The notes beneath the pieces were generated by a model. That model made no database searches. It was not told the origin of the DNA and saw only the letters and a list, made by a program, of their open reading frames with translations. Positions 46,888 through 61,520 of a DNA stretch of 64,000 nucleotides are shown piece by piece (within the stretch, counting starts at the first letter, position 1; each line of letters opens with the position of its first letter). Position numbers and translations under genes: made by a program. The DNA is from Octopus vulgaris (taxonomy: Eukaryota): NCBI GenBank assembly GCA_951406725.2, contig OX597840.1, forward strand, positions 39,246,001 to 39,310,000. The letters run 5' to 3'.

Positions 46888-47196
46888 CATATTTCTATTC
46901 TCTGTTTCAATTTTTAAAATCGATCATAACAATCAGTCCTGTATTAATGGGCATCCTAATTGAGTATGCCTCTCCCTGCAAAGATTAGCAATCGTTATAA
47001 AGGCTGAGAATTCATTTAACAATTTCCGAAGTTATGTAAATATTGCTGTATATAAGCATGTATGTATTCATGTATGTATGTGTGTATATCAATAAATAGG
47101 CATATATATATACTCATACATAACGCATATATAAAGAGAGATAGTTAAATAGATAGATAGATAGATGGAAAGATAGATAGATAGACAGACAGACAT

Positions 47197-47231
<35 letters not shown>

Positions 47232-47372
47232 GGCAGACAGAGGGGACAAAATGCAATGCGGAGCCTTTCTTTTGAAACAAAAAATTGATCAATAGGGATC
47301 GTAAAAAGAAAAGAAATCCAATCGAAAGTCATCGTGTATCACAGAAAATGGTACAGATAGACTAAAAGACAG

Positions 47373-47681
<309 letters not shown>

Positions 47682-47880
47682 AAAAGCCATAGATACATGA
47701 TAAACTTATTGAGTGATTGTTTGATTGATAGATCGTTAAATAGGTAAAGATACACACGCAGATATGGAGATATATCGGATACGGTGTCCGTTTATCTTTT
47801 CAAATAGCCATCGCAGACATACACATATAACATATATACATGCCTACATATATACACATCTATGTATGTTTGTATGTCTT

Positions 47881-47942
<62 letters not shown>

Positions 47943-47949
47943 TTTATAT

Positions 47950-47996
<47 letters not shown>

Positions 47997-48666
47997 TATA
48001 TATATATATATACATATATATATATTTATATATGTATACATATATATATATGTTTGTCTGTGTCTATATATATACATATATATATGAGATTAAAAAGCTG
48101 TTTGATATCCGAGAATATCAAATGACATACTGCCTTCTGCAAGCTAGAAGACAACATAATACGTTATATAATAATAGCGTAGCAGGATTGAGCTGAGCTG
48201 TGTGATTATGGCCAATGCCCGTAAAGGAGAGTGATGTGAGTTATTGCTGAACGCATAACAGGCATCAATTGTTCAGCGAACGGACATAAACGAACTATAT
48301 CCTACACTGATGTACGTTCCCTGATTGATTAGATATAGATTTAGTTTCGATTAGTCCAGCAGGATGAGTAATTGTCTCTGTTGTTGATGTTGGTCGTGCT
48401 GTCGGCGGTGCTTCAGAAGTTGTATGTTTTAGCCCCAGGCCAGCGGTCAGCAGGCAGAGCTATAGTCAATGTCCGTCAGAAAACTGTTTTATTACGTGGA
48501 GTATATAAAGCATGAGTAATCTTATTTTGAAATGCGGGCCACATGAGGCCCGGATCCTCGTTAGGTGAAGTGCAATATTACAAAAAATTAAAGGTAATTT
48601 TTGTTTGGATGACATTCGGAAAATCCTGAGGACGGGCATTGTACTCATGGTTCTTAGCATAGTAAA

Positions 48667-49040
48667 CTAGCAGTATCGCCCGGCGTTGCTCAGATTGGTT
48701 TCGACCCTTTAAAATTGGAATTTTTGAAAAGTAAAAATTGTACGTTACGTAGCTTGTAATTCTCATTAAGTGAACATTTTTCTGGTTGAATTACACCGAA
48801 AAATAGCGACACAACAGTAAAAAAGATCGTAGAAAGTAGGGATTTTCATAGAAAAAAAGCACCTTTTTGATGTAAATAATTTTTGGTGTTAATTTTGAAT
48901 TCTTTTTCTTCAGAATGAAGAGCAAGCCTTCGTCTATCATACTCTCAATTTTGGTCAACTTGCGCTGCAGGGTCTCGAAGGAGATAGTGTTAGTTGAAGG
49001 CTACCACACACAGACAACTTCAGCTATATATATATATAGA
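48667..49040 (-). mobile_element. Complete non-autonomous Helitron, different internal sequence
   Basis: Minus strand A|TCTATATA...CTGAGCAACGCCGGGCGATACTGCTAG|T. Confidence 0.85.
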
Positions 49041-49735
49041 TTTGCTACACACTACTTTCCATCCTTAATAATGGAACTTGGAAGATCCAAAAGTTAAACA
49101 CACAGACACACAAGTTGAGTTTTATATAGAGAGATTTCTCAACGGGGATTTCAGGGGAGAGTTTCAGGTAGTCGCTGGCGATGTATCGTGATGATCAAAA
49201 ATCCGGCCTGCTAAAATTTGGTTAAAGTGATTCAAATTGCTGACTCAACGCAAAATGGTCACATTTAATTCAAAGAGTTAAAAATGTTATGAAAACAATT
49301 GGTATGTGTTCACAAAGTCCAAACGATTAATATGAAAAAGCCCTCCAGGCTACATCCCGAAAATTCATTTCTTTGCCGAATTTCTACAATGTTTACGGCG
49401 ATTCGTTTTTATATCTTGATTTTCTGTTTTTAATGCAATCTACGCATGCTTGCACGCGTGGTGAACACAGTTCACGTCAAACAGCTGACTGAGTAAAGTT
49501 CACTATTCAATGCATGGGATAAGGCCTAAACAAACACATTATCGATTTTTGCACTTGCGAGATGAATTTCGGAACAGAAATAGCGCAGTTCAATTTTCAT
49601 TCGCCTAAACTTTAAGTGACCCATTTTTGGTGGTTCTACGATTTGTTGGCTAGGAGGAGATGTGCCAGGAAGTTAAACACACAGACACACACACAGATAC
49701 AAACACACACACAAGTTGAGTTATATATATATAGA
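49041..49735 (-). mobile_element. Two additional stacked Helitron-like 5' segments
   Basis: A|TC(TC)TATATA..ACTCAACTTGTGTG...GTGTTTAACTT starts at 49134 and 49735 on the minus strand. Confidence 0.55.
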
Positions 49736-49790
49736 TGTTTATAAATTATATTATATATTATATATACATACATACATACATACATACATA

Positions 49791-49988
49791 CGAGGTGGGT
49801 TGGAGCCAAAGAAAATCCAGCTGGATCAGCTAATTATAATTCTATTCGACATATTCCCCTCCGAAATTCACACACATAGCAGCAGTCCTTCAGGCTTTCT
49901 AAGCCCTGTAAGATAACTTGGAATGTTGACCTTCCAACTTGGCCTTTCGTAGTACCCTTAAAACCAGGAACTTTTCTGCACCCCGTCG
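49791..49988. mobile_element. mariner-derived MITE, decayed
   Basis: TA|CGAGGTGG ... CACCCCGTCG|TA ends; TIR match is short. Confidence 0.45.
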
Positions 49989-50393
49989 TACATACAATGC
50001 ACACAGACACACAGACATCTCACACAAAATACAGTAGGTTACATTCCTTGTTTGAGCAGCGCAGTCGATCGTTTTCTAGAAGTTTCTATATGATGTTGCT
50101 TCAATCCGTTCGGCTGATGTTTGCCAAGGGAGTATTAGCACGGCTCCATCTCCACCCAACAGTTATATCCTTCACGTTCGGATGTGTCAAATTTGCGAAT
50201 GCGGAGAGCGAGGTCATGCCTGCTCAGTGTTATGCGCGGGCTTAATGTCAATTAGCTTGAAATTATCGAAATAATCACAGAAAATTGGGATTTTGTGAGA
50301 ATGTGTTGGCAACTATTTGAAATGCTAAAAGTATAAAACATTCCCGATGGTGAATGAAGGCAGAATTTTTATCTATATATATATATATATAAT

Positions 50394-50484
<91 letters not shown>

Positions 50485-50497
50485 GATATATACATAT

Positions 50498-50539
<42 letters not shown>

Positions 50540-50909
50540 CAAAATAAGAAAATGGAGAAATACATCTAGATCAAATATCAATTACCAGATAATACTCAAT
50601 CACATACTTTATTAAACCACCACATAAGTACCTTGTTGGGTACTTCACTAGCAGTATATTGGATATATGTTATCCCATGGAGGGTTGAATTTACAACCCC
50701 TATCTCAATTTGTATATATATATATATATATATATATAAATTGAATTAGAGATAAAACCACTATTAGGCAAATCAAACAGTGAAAAACATAAACCAAAAC
50801 AGAAATAAAAATAATTAGTACAATATACAAAATATATAAAATACAAAATTTAAAATTTAAATTATTTAAATTTAAAGTTAAAAATTAAAAATTATAAATT
50901 TATTTTTAT

Positions 50910-50941
<32 letters not shown>

Positions 50942-51065
50942 TTTTAATTTTTATTTTATATTTATTTATTTAATAATATTTTTTTATATAGACATGTATG
51001 ACACATATCTAGATATACCTGTGTGTGTACCTATACATTTTCATACACACACGCACAAACGCATG

Positions 51066-51117
<52 letters not shown>

Positions 51118-51685
51118 GAGAGGGGAGAGGGAGAGATAGATGTATAGATACATATGCATGTTTGTGAATTACGGTTTTTTTTATAATTTTCTTCACCACT
51201 TTTAAAATCGTGTTTGTCTCTCTAATGTTCCAGAATGTTTTGTTAAACTAATTTCATTGGAAACTGAAATAGCTGATCGATCAAAAGCCTTGGAGGTCGT
51301 GCACTGGTTTGACCTCATCCACGGAGGTGAAGCCAGTCAGAAGCTATATATGTGTGTGTATATATACCCACATGTGCATATATATATGTATATTAAAATG
51401 TATATATATATATGTATATGTATATATATACATATGTATATATGTATATATGTATCTACACACACATATATATATGTATATATATATATGTATATGTATA
51501 TATATACACACACATATAAATAATTACGTGTGCATGTTTGTGTACGTAATCATATGTAATCATACCCATAGATACGTATATATGTACCCAGTTATATATG
51601 TATATATATTTTTTATTTATATATATATATACAAATATATATATGTGTGTTTGTGTGTGTGTGAGTGTTTGTATCTGTGTCAGTG

Positions 51686-51740
<55 letters not shown>

Positions 51741-52780
51741 TCACACACACTTTTCTAAATTAATGTGCAGCAGTAATGGACCCGGCGGAATCAGACGATT
51801 GCCAAAACGAACAGCCTAAATTCTTAAATATATATCGAAGCGTTTACCTTCATCGCGTTCCTAAAAATTCAACTCTTTGTGCCTCTGTGCCTCTGTGCCA
51901 ATGTGCCAATGTGCCTCTGTTGAAAATCAATACCGATATATCCTATAAAACCTGGCTTTCTGTTTTTCCTTTAATCCTGAAAGCTGTGTCGTAATCTCTA
52001 TTGATTTTGCCTGCGAGTTTTAGTGATTATGTTAAGCACTTTCGCTACAATTGGTTCTGCTATCTCGATGTCAGCGAAAAAAAATAAATCAAATGCATTC
52101 GTAGATTCTTTTCTGCCGGGAAATTGATTATTTTCGATTTTGGTTTCCCTTCAAACCAGTGGAATGTTGTTTTTTTTTTTCCTTCTTCTCTTTCTCTTGT
52201 TATTCACCAACATCTCCGTCGACCTCCGCCTGTCTTCGACACGCATCGATAAACTTCATCGTAACCACGACGATACACACCATCCAAGGTGAAATATGCA
52301 CAATCGTGAATTTGGCCTGCGATTATTATGCGAACAATTACGCTGGTTCAATATTCATTGCCACAAGCATGACTAACACACAGTAACAAGGAAAACGAAA
52401 AACAAAAGACAACCAAGCGGATTCTTCGTGGGTGCACGACATGCTAAAAATAGCAGCAAAATATACTTAAAAACACCATGTCAATGACTTCTCAATCGCA
52501 AGTCCCTCGGGTTTCTTCACATGCTACCATTCAATTGAATACATTCATATCAACCCCTCAGCACTCGATTCACCAGTTTAAAACAGAAAAAAGAAAAGCG
52601 GACGTATTAAACATTATATTTCATTCACTTAAAAAAGCGTTTAATAAAAACACATTGGTTGTTGCTTTCTGGGAAAGAATGACGTCGTTGAGAGTTCACT
52701 CCTGCTGCGTGTCATCTTTGGAAAGTGTTTTATTCTATACCACCAGACACCGACAGACCTATGACATACATTATAAATAC

Positions 52781-52815
<35 letters not shown>

Positions 52816-52923
52816 ACTACATGAGTATATGTATATATCTATGTATGCATGTATGCATATGTGTGTGTATATTTATATATATTTGTGTTTGTATATATAT
52901 ATGTGCATGCAAATATGTGTATG

Positions 52924-52954
<31 letters not shown>

Positions 52955-53074
52955 TTGCATACACATATACATACAAACATAAATATATATAGATATACAC
53001 AAACACACACACACACACATATATATATACATTTACACATATATATACACACGCGCATATATATATATATATAT

Positions 53075-53146
<72 letters not shown>

Positions 53147-53154
53147 CTGTATAT

Positions 53155-53436
53155 ATAGACGGAAACTGAAAGAAGTCATTCGTATATATGTATATATGTG
53201 TGTGTGTGTCTGTGTGTGTGTGTGCGCGTGCGTGCGTTTGTGCGTCTGTGTTTGTCACCCAACACCGCTTGACAACCGATGCTGGTGTGTTTACATCCCC
53301 GTAACTTAGCGGTTCGGCAAAAAGTGACCGATAGAATAAGTACTTACAAAGAATAAGTCCTGGGCTTGATTTCTTCGACTAAAGCCGGTGCTCCGGCATG
53401 GTCGCAGTCACGTTACTGAAACAAGTAAAAGAGAGT
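53155..53436 (+). mobile_element. Family B SINE, 5'-truncated
   Basis: TAGACGGAAACTGAAAGAAG through to the GTAAAAGAG tail. Confidence 0.85.
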
Positions 53437-53965
53437 AGACACACCACCAAACCCCAACAAGGAGTGCACCTCGCAGTGGCTAACTGAACATACACCGTTA
53501 TATAAGATATTTTTTTCGGTAGTTGGGTTTTCTCTTTATTTCTTTATTTTAGTTTTTGTCGTTTACATCCCAAAATTTTTGACTGCATAGAATTAGAACC
53601 AAATATATTTTAGCCATGGAAACTTGGTCTTCATTTTAAACATATCTGGGATCACATTACGTCCAATGTTTGCCGTTCTGTATGTTTTTAGGATAGTGGT
53701 ATATAATTTCAGTTCGAATTTTACTTTTTTATTATTTATATTTATATTTCTTTATCTTTTCTTTCATTTTCCTTTTTCTCGTCTTATCGAAATCGTTGAG
53801 GCTCAGGCAATGGCGTAGAATTATTTATCAGCTTTACGTATCAACCACTTGTGTTAAGTCTTCTTTCTTCCGTGCGTAGATCTACTCTAGCGAGCGTATA
53901 CCTACATACATACACACGCATATGTTCGAATGTGTATGTGTCTGGGTGCTTGCATGTCGATATAT

Positions 53966-54021
<56 letters not shown>

Positions 54022-54022
54022 G

Positions 54023-54114
<92 letters not shown>

Positions 54115-54182
54115 TACATATATATACGTATATACACATATATATATATATATAGATGTATATATAAATACGTATATACATA

Positions 54183-54218
<36 letters not shown>

Positions 54219-55093
54219 CTTCATGTTTCTGGGTATGCATGTATATATGTTTGTATCTATGGTGTGTATGTTTTACATAATATTTCGCAAATACAGAAAG
54301 GGTGTATTTTCGTGCAAAAGTTACCAAATTGCTCTACAGATTTGAATACATTACATCGAATTACAATATAATGTACACGAGGCAACGGATGAGAAGGAAT
54401 CACGGCATACATTTCAAAATAAACACTCGTATTATTTTCCACTATTTACATATAAGTAACATATTTTTTACATTCTACAATATATTTGTTTTTCATATTT
54501 CACATATAAATATGTATTTGTATCTTTATATTTTTCATATTAACATTTGCATTTTTTTTTTGTTATATTGTGCACGTACATGAAAGTGCGTGTGTTTGTA
54601 TACGTATCTAACAAAAATCTAGCCGAGATTCGCATGCAGAAAATAGCAAAATGCTTTCTAGCAGATGATTTTAATATTTATGTTTTTTCTATGGTAACAA
54701 ACCAACCAGTTGTTATTTCGTATCGTTCAACACTTTTTAGCGTAATGTCAGCCTGACATTATTTGGTCTTACTCTCATAAAACATCACTTTCGCTTCAAA
54801 TATGTAATCAGTTGATGGCGTTCAGAGATACAGAATATATTCTGTGGCACTCTGCGCCGCGGAAGAGTCGATATCTGCTTCCAACAATTCACATCCGTCG
54901 CACTGGCAATTCGCTATCACCCGAAATAATTTGCGGCTGCTCATTTGACAAGCCCCACGAAGGTATTGCGGTAAACTTTGGAGAATACACACTCACATGC
55001 ACGCGTGAATATAGCTTCTCATGCGTACGAAAACTTATATGTGTATGTATGTATATATATATATATATCATATATATATATATATATATGTAT

Positions 55094-55140
<47 letters not shown>

Positions 55141-55188
55141 AAACAAGTCAAAATAGAAAATGCTAAAATAATTTTATAAAGAACATTT

Positions 55189-55226
55189 CAGTACCGGTTT
55201 CGGTCATTTTGAGACCTTTTCAACTG
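55189..55226 (-). ncRNA. Minimal type I hammerhead ribozyme motif, U3-A8 variant
   Basis: CAG-TTGAAAA-GGTC(tcaaaat)GACC-GAAAC-CG-GTA-CTG; all stems intact; lies in the Penelope 3' terminal region. Confidence 0.72.
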
Positions 55227-55944
55227 TAACGATTAAATAATTAAATTTAGAAAAAATAGAAGAAAAGTTTTTTTAAAGGAATATTTGTATAGTAGTGTTC
55301 AAATATAAGTGGCATTCTGCCTTTCTCTGACTCCCTTGTTTGCACTTGTGTGTTCGAGGTCGTTGTGAATTCTTGGTAGGGTAGAAGAAGAAGAAAGCTG
55401 AAGAGGAGAGGGGGTGGAAAAATTTGGGAGTGCCTTGATTGTTGTATTTTGAATGGTCAGTGACGGCTAGCAGTTGCAGTTCAATTCAGGAGAATATTTC
55501 TATTGAAAGATTTGTTTATGGAATTTGCGTAGGTGTTTTACTAAAAAGCATTAGTGATAAAGTTAAGAGGTAGAAGGTGGAGCAGATGAAGAAGAAGAAG
55601 AAGAAGAAGAAGAAGAAGAAGAAGAAGAAGAAGAAGATGACGATGTTGATGATGATGATGATGATGATGATGAAGAAGAAGAAGAAGGAGAAGGAGAAGA
55701 AGATGATGATGATGATGGTGGTGATGATGATGACGATGATGGTGATAATGATGATGATGAAGAAGAAGAAGAGGGAGAAGAAGAAAACAGAGAAGGGAGA
55801 ATATGAATGGGTGAAAGTAGTGAGGTGTTGTATGACTTGAAGTTGGCATGTTATGGATTATAGCTGTGATTGGGGCTGATTAGTAATGGATTCTTTGGAA
55901 TGCAATATTTGTGTGTATTTCTTTTATTCTAAAGTTGAGGTATA

Positions 55945-57229
55945 TTAATCGTTTGTCGTAGACCCGTTAAGAAGTGGCCTGTATTTTGTAATAAAGAGAG
56001 TTTCTTTACTTATTCGTTGTCTCGAGGTTGTATCGTCCCTAAATTGGTAGAGGGGGAAAATCCTGAAGCCTGGTGTTTTGTTGTTGGCGCAAGTATCTAT
56101 GTGTTGGCTGAAAGCTATTTTTCTGTTTTGGGGAATTTTTATCTGGGATCTGTGCAGGGCCATTCTTTTACGCAAACCATTTTTTGTTTGGCCTACGTAC
56201 TGCTCTTGACACTCGGAGCAGGTTAGTGAGTATATTAGGTTCTCCGAAGCACATGTGAAGTTGCTTTTCACTGTAAACCGTTGTCCCTGTTTGAAGGAGA
56301 ACTCTGATCCCTCAATTAGATAGTCGCATATCCCGCAATTGGGTCTTCCACATTTTTTTTACTGTCGGCTTCTGTGTGGAAGAGTGAATTCGGGCTTGTG
56401 TTAGGAGACTTTTCATGGATTTAGGCTGTCTGTTGCTTTTTATTATCGTGTGTGTTTGGAGGATTGTGTTCATTTTGTGGTCTTTTTTTAGGAGGGGTAT
56501 GTTGTGGAGGATGGTGCCGAAGGCTTCGTTATTGAGAGGGTTGTGTGTGGAGATGTATGGTAAGGCTTTTAGTGGTAAGTTTTTCTTTGATTTGGGATGT
56601 CTCAGTTCCTTGATGTTAAGTTGAAGGGCACGTTGAATGCACTTGTCAATAAGTGAAGGTGGATAGTTCCTGGTGATAAGGGTATCTTTTAGTTCTTGTA
56701 GTCGTGTGTCTCTGGTGTTTGCATTAGAGACTATAGTGCATATCCTTTTTGCTAGATTGAAGGGGATATTCATCCTGGTGTGTCTGGGGTGGCATGAATT
56801 GAATGGAAGATATTGCTTAGAGTCTGTAGGCTTATAATATATGTCTGTTTCTATTACATTATTAGCTTTCTTAATGAGGATATCGTGGAAGGGGAGTTAT
56901 TGCTGGCTATATTCCATCGTGAATTGGATGTTTACGTCCAGTCCGTTTAAAATTTCTTGGAATTCTATGAGTTTCTCAATATTTTCATGCCAAAGGATGA
57001 AACAGTCATCTAGATATCTCTTCCAGTTGTTTTCTATGTAGATGGAGAAAGGGCTGCCATATCTTTCTAGAACCTTACGATACAGACTGATCTCTAGATA
57101 TCCTATGACTAGGTTGGTAAAGGAGGGGGCCATTCGTGTACCCATCGCAGTCCCCGATTTTTGTCGGTAGAAGTTGTCATTGAAGGCGAAGAAGTTATTT
57201 TCCAGGATGAATTTAACCCCTTCTATCAC
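55945..57229 (-). pseudogene. Penelope-like RT and GIY-YIG endonuclease (one stop, one frameshift)
   Basis: QKSGTAMGTRMAP, RYLDDCF, TDIYYKPT...SCHP, CGKPNCGIC linker, NLIYSLTCSECQEQYVGQT...R...H; stop at 56897-56899; frameshift in the T run near 56353-56360. Confidence 0.92.
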
Positions 57230-57256
57230 GAATTATTTTTTGATGCGATATATATA

Positions 57257-57497
57257 CAAGTTCAGCGTGGAAGGTGTTTATAAGCCATTTAAGAAACACA
57301 CAAAAACCGTTAGATTCACTTCAACATTTAAATTTAATTTGTCAAAATATGAGATGCAGCTCGGAATTTTGTCAGTGAACAGGTCGTGGTATCAAAGCGA
57401 CGAAAACATTTTACCAAATTAAATTTAAATGTTAAATTGAATCTAACGGTTTTTGTGTGTTTCTTAAATGGCTTATAAACACCTTCCACGCTGAACT

Positions 57498-57499
<2 letters not shown>
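57257..57499. mobile_element. Fold-back element with inverted arms of about 93 bp in (TA)n
   Basis: TA|CAAGTTCAGCGTGGAAGG...CCTTCCACGCTGAACTTG|TA with a unique middle of about 55 bp containing a hammerhead-like motif; either an inverted Penelope end or a MITE. Confidence 0.8.
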
Positions 57500-57560
<61 letters not shown>

Positions 57561-57656
57561 ATTATTATTTGAGGGAATAAAATCCAAACTTACAAGGAAA
57601 AAGAATTCAATTTAGAAATACTAAATCAAATTTCACAGAATATAATATATATATAA

Positions 57657-57750
57657 AATATTAGAAAAAAACCATCTTTTATCAATCCAAAATGAAAAAT
57701 TAAATTTAATTATTCATTTTGTATTGATAAAATGTGGTCTTTTCTAATAT

Positions 57751-57751
<1 letters not shown>
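57657..57751. repeat. Imperfect palindrome of about 95 bp in a TA context
   Basis: AATATTAGAAAA..ACCA..TTTTATCAAT.CAAAATGAA / TTCATTTTG.ATTGATAAAA..TGGT..TTTTCTAATATT. Confidence 0.75.
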
Positions 57752-57809
<58 letters not shown>

Positions 57810-58679
57810 TCAAACGCCTACACACACGCACACATACACACACACACAGACACACGCACACACACACATCTATTCATTTATTCTAGCGGAGTGAATTGCG
57901 ACGGACAAACAAGAGTGACTAACTAATAATTTACGCGGCATGCCAGAAAATCAACAAAGAAATAGAAGAAAGAGATAAGAATGACAATTATGGAAATCGT
58001 AGAATAGATTTCGCCAAGAGAGTCAAACGTAAAGGTTGTACCTGTGCTACTGTCTCATTAGATTCAATATCATCCAACCAGAATAAGGATCTTGACACCT
58101 TAAAAACATCCTAAACTCTTGGTGTATGGCAAAACCCAGCTCCTCTTGAATTTGCATGCATACTGAGTAAAGAACAGTGTGTCTGAGGTGCTTTTTGTGA
58201 CTTGACAAACAGAAAAAAAGCTCCGATACACACAAAACCTTCAATGTACATCACAATATTGGATGATGTACGACGTCTTCAAAACTAATAATAAAATATT
58301 ATCGCTGATGTCAACCTTCCTTTCCATTCTTTCGAGGTCGCGAAAATAAATAACATTTGATCACGGAGTGGCTGGTGGAGGTGAAATCGGTCTACCCCTT
58401 GCCTCCAAGTTTCAAGCCTTGTGTCTACAGCTAAAAAGGATAATACCATTGATATATCGAGAGGGAAAATAAATAACTCGGGTTAATTTATCAAAGTCAT
58501 CATCTGCATAAGAATGATATATTTAGGATATTGTTAACGAATTTTAACGCGTAGTTTGTGAAATATTTAGCCAGAAATAATTATGGACGCCAAAACGATA
58601 TTCCATAATCATTTGTTTTACAAACTTGCAATCGTGACTACAGTACTAATAAATTGCGCTAAAATATTCCTACTAGAAA

Positions 58680-58686
58680 TACTACA

Positions 58687-58784
<98 letters not shown>

Positions 58785-58843
58785 TGATGATGATGATGAT
58801 ACTAGTAATAATTATAATAATGATGATGATAATAGTAATAATT

Positions 58844-58879
<36 letters not shown>

Positions 58880-58930
58880 GTAATAAGTGTAATAATAATA
58901 ATAGTAGTAATAAGTGTAATAATAATAATG

Positions 58931-58974
<44 letters not shown>
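58680..58974. repeat. (CTA)n grading into (TAA)n microsatellite
   Basis: Directly visible. Confidence 0.9.
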
Positions 58975-59095
58975 CTTTTCTACTCTAGGCACAAGGCCTG
59001 AAATTTTCGGGGAGGGGGCCAGTCAATTAGATCGACTCCAGTATGCAACTGGTACTTGATTTATCGACCCCAAAAGGATGAAAGGCAAAGTCGAA
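58975..59095 (-). mobile_element. Family C SINE 3' half with (ATT)n tail
   Basis: Nin-like domain, then CCTTGTGCCTAGAGTAGAAAAG-ATTATT... on the minus strand. Confidence 0.75.
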
Positions 59096-59397
59096 TAATA
59101 TACCGGGGAAATTTTTCATGTGAAAACGGTAAAACACTGGTCCCAAATCTGTCAAAAAAAAATCGGGAATAAAGACAACAAATGGGATCTAAAATAATGT
59201 ACCAAGTAATATATCCGAGTAAAACTCATTAAAATTCATTTCTATTTTCCAAATGGAATGATGTATTTTAACTATGTATCTTCTCCTTCACTTTCAAACC
59301 ACGCGTAAACAAGTTCGCCTCATCACGGTTCAAATCTTCATCAGACAGACTCCGTCCCCATCCAACATACAGAAAAAAATCAAAAATAAATTAAATA

Positions 59398-59541
59398 GGC
59401 GCAGGAGTGGCTGTATGGTAAGTAGCTTGCTAACCAACCACATGGTTCCGCGTTCAGTCCCACTGCGTGGCATCTTGGGCAAGTGTCTTCTGCAATGCCT
59501 TGTGAGTGGATTTGGTAGACGGAAACTGAAAGAAGTCTGTC

Positions 59542-59593
<52 letters not shown>

Positions 59594-59806
59594 TTGTGTG
59601 TCTGTGTTTGCCCCCTAGCATTGCTTGACAACCGATGCTGGTGTGTTTACGTCGCCGTCACTTAGCAGTTCGGCAAAAGAGACCGATAGAATAAGTACTG
59701 GGCTTACAAAGAATAAGTCCCGGGGTCGATTTGCTCGACTAAAGGCGGTGCTCCAGCATGGCCGCAGTCAAATAACTGAAACAAGTAAAAAGAAAAAAGA
59801 GTAGAG
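59398..59806 (+). mobile_element. Family B tRNA-derived SINE, near full length
   Basis: GGCGCAGGAGTGGCTGTATGGTAAG A box and GTTCAGTCCC B box; internal TA/TG microsatellite; many copies in the window. Confidence 0.9.
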
Positions 59807-60332
59807 TATCCGCATTATTCAAAAGAGGAATAACAAACGGGAAGTACTTTCATTAAACCTATTACACAAAAAGTACGAAAAACTACACTTGCAAAACCAT
59901 TTAACACCAGAAATGAACGAACCGGTACCCTACGAAAATTATGACCATGAAAATAAACGCCTGGGCATTATTGCTCACCTCCCGCTAATAAAATCGAGAA
60001 AGCATAAATTGAGATGTGAGGAACATATTTTTATCCTACACGCTTATTTTACAGAAGTGCTCTCTGCACAGAACGTAAACATAACAACATAAACATATAA
60101 TATCTGGAAGAAAAATAACCTAGAGAAAGAATTGGATATAGCAATGAACCCTAACAAACTAGCTAACGTACAGAGATATATTCTCAAAGCCAAAAAGAAA
60201 AATAGAAATCAGAAACAGAGCACTTAAAAGGAAAACTACATCAGGAAAAAACACAGCAATGCCAAATATTATAAGCACTGGAACTGTATAATATGGAGAT
60301 ACACGTAATATTTCCAACAAAAAACGATGTAT

Positions 60333-60499
60333 GCGCAGGGGTGGCTGTGTGGTAAGTAGCTTGTTTACCAACCACATGGTTCCGGGTTCAGGGGGCAGTG
60401 GCACCCTGGACAAGTCTCTTCTACTATAGCCTCGGGCCGACCAAAGCCTTGTGACTGGATTTGGTAGACGGAAACTGAAAGAAGCTCGTCGTATATATG

Positions 60500-60561
<62 letters not shown>

Positions 60562-60791
60562 TGTTCGTGTGTCTGTGTTTGTCCCCCTAGCATTGCTTGA
60601 CAACCGATGCTGGTGTGTTTATGTCCCCGTTACCTAGCGGTTCGGCAAAAGAAACCGATAGAATAAGTACTGGGTTTACAAAAGAATAAGTCCTGGGGTC
60701 GAGATGCTCGATTAAAGGCAGTGCTCCAGCATGGCCGCAGTCAAATGACTGAAACAAGTAAAAGAGTAAAAGAGTAAAGAGTAAAGAGAGT
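60333..60791 (+). mobile_element. Family B SINE, full length
   Basis: As above; (GAGTAAA)n tail. Confidence 0.9.
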
Positions 60792-61111
60792 ATGCGACGA
60801 AAGACAACAGACCCAGACTGGAGGAATGTATAAGGATGAGCAAAAAGCATAAAATCAGAATACCTATTTCTTTACAACAACATGAACGAAACAAGTCTAA
60901 AACCTGGAAAAAGTGGGGACAAAATTAATGATTATAGTCAAAGAACTGAAAATCACAGATCTTGGTATGGACCAACGATTGTACCTCTCAAAATTTAAAA
61001 TCGATAATAAAACAACATCGATAATAAATGACATGACCCTGGTCACCACAGAAATAATAACCAGAGAAATAAATGCCAATATGATCAGATTAAATAAACT
61101 ATATAATACAT

Positions 61112-61520
61112 GCAAACTGGTAGAAACGTTAGCACGGCGGGCGAATTGCTTATCGGTATTTCGTTTGTCGTTACGTTCCGGGTTCAAATTCCGCCGAGGT
61201 CGATTTGCCTTTCATCCTTTCGCGGTCGATAAATTAAGTACCATTTACGCACTGGGGTCGATGTAATCGACTTAATCTCTTTGTCTGTCCTTGTTTGTCC
61301 TCTCTGTGTTTAGCCCCTTGTGGGTAGTAAAGAAATAGGTATTTTGTTTGCCGCTACGTTCTGAGTTCAAATTCCGCCGAGATGGACTTTGCCTTTCATC
61401 CTATCGGGGTCGATAAATTAAGTACCATTTACGCACTGGGGTCGATGTAATCGACTTAATCCCTTTGTCTGTCCTTGTTTGTCCCCTCTGTGTTTAGCCC
61501 CTTGTGGGTAGTAAAGAAAT
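61112..61520 (+). mobile_element. Family C SINE with tandem duplication of a 183-nt unit
   Basis: Head at 61112-61154, units at 61155-61337 and 61338-61520. Confidence 0.88.

Larger units (their letters stand above)
55137..57240 (-). mobile_element. Penelope-like retroelement (Neptune-type), 5'-truncated
   Basis: RT, cysteine-rich linker and GIY-YIG domains; long 3' UTR with microsatellite and hammerhead motif; both ends abut TA repeats. Confidence 0.9.

Noticed and set aside
52445-52454. Perfect MEF2-like site CTAAAAATAG
   Set aside because: A single 10-mer in AT-rich DNA with no linked gene; not distinguishable from chance.
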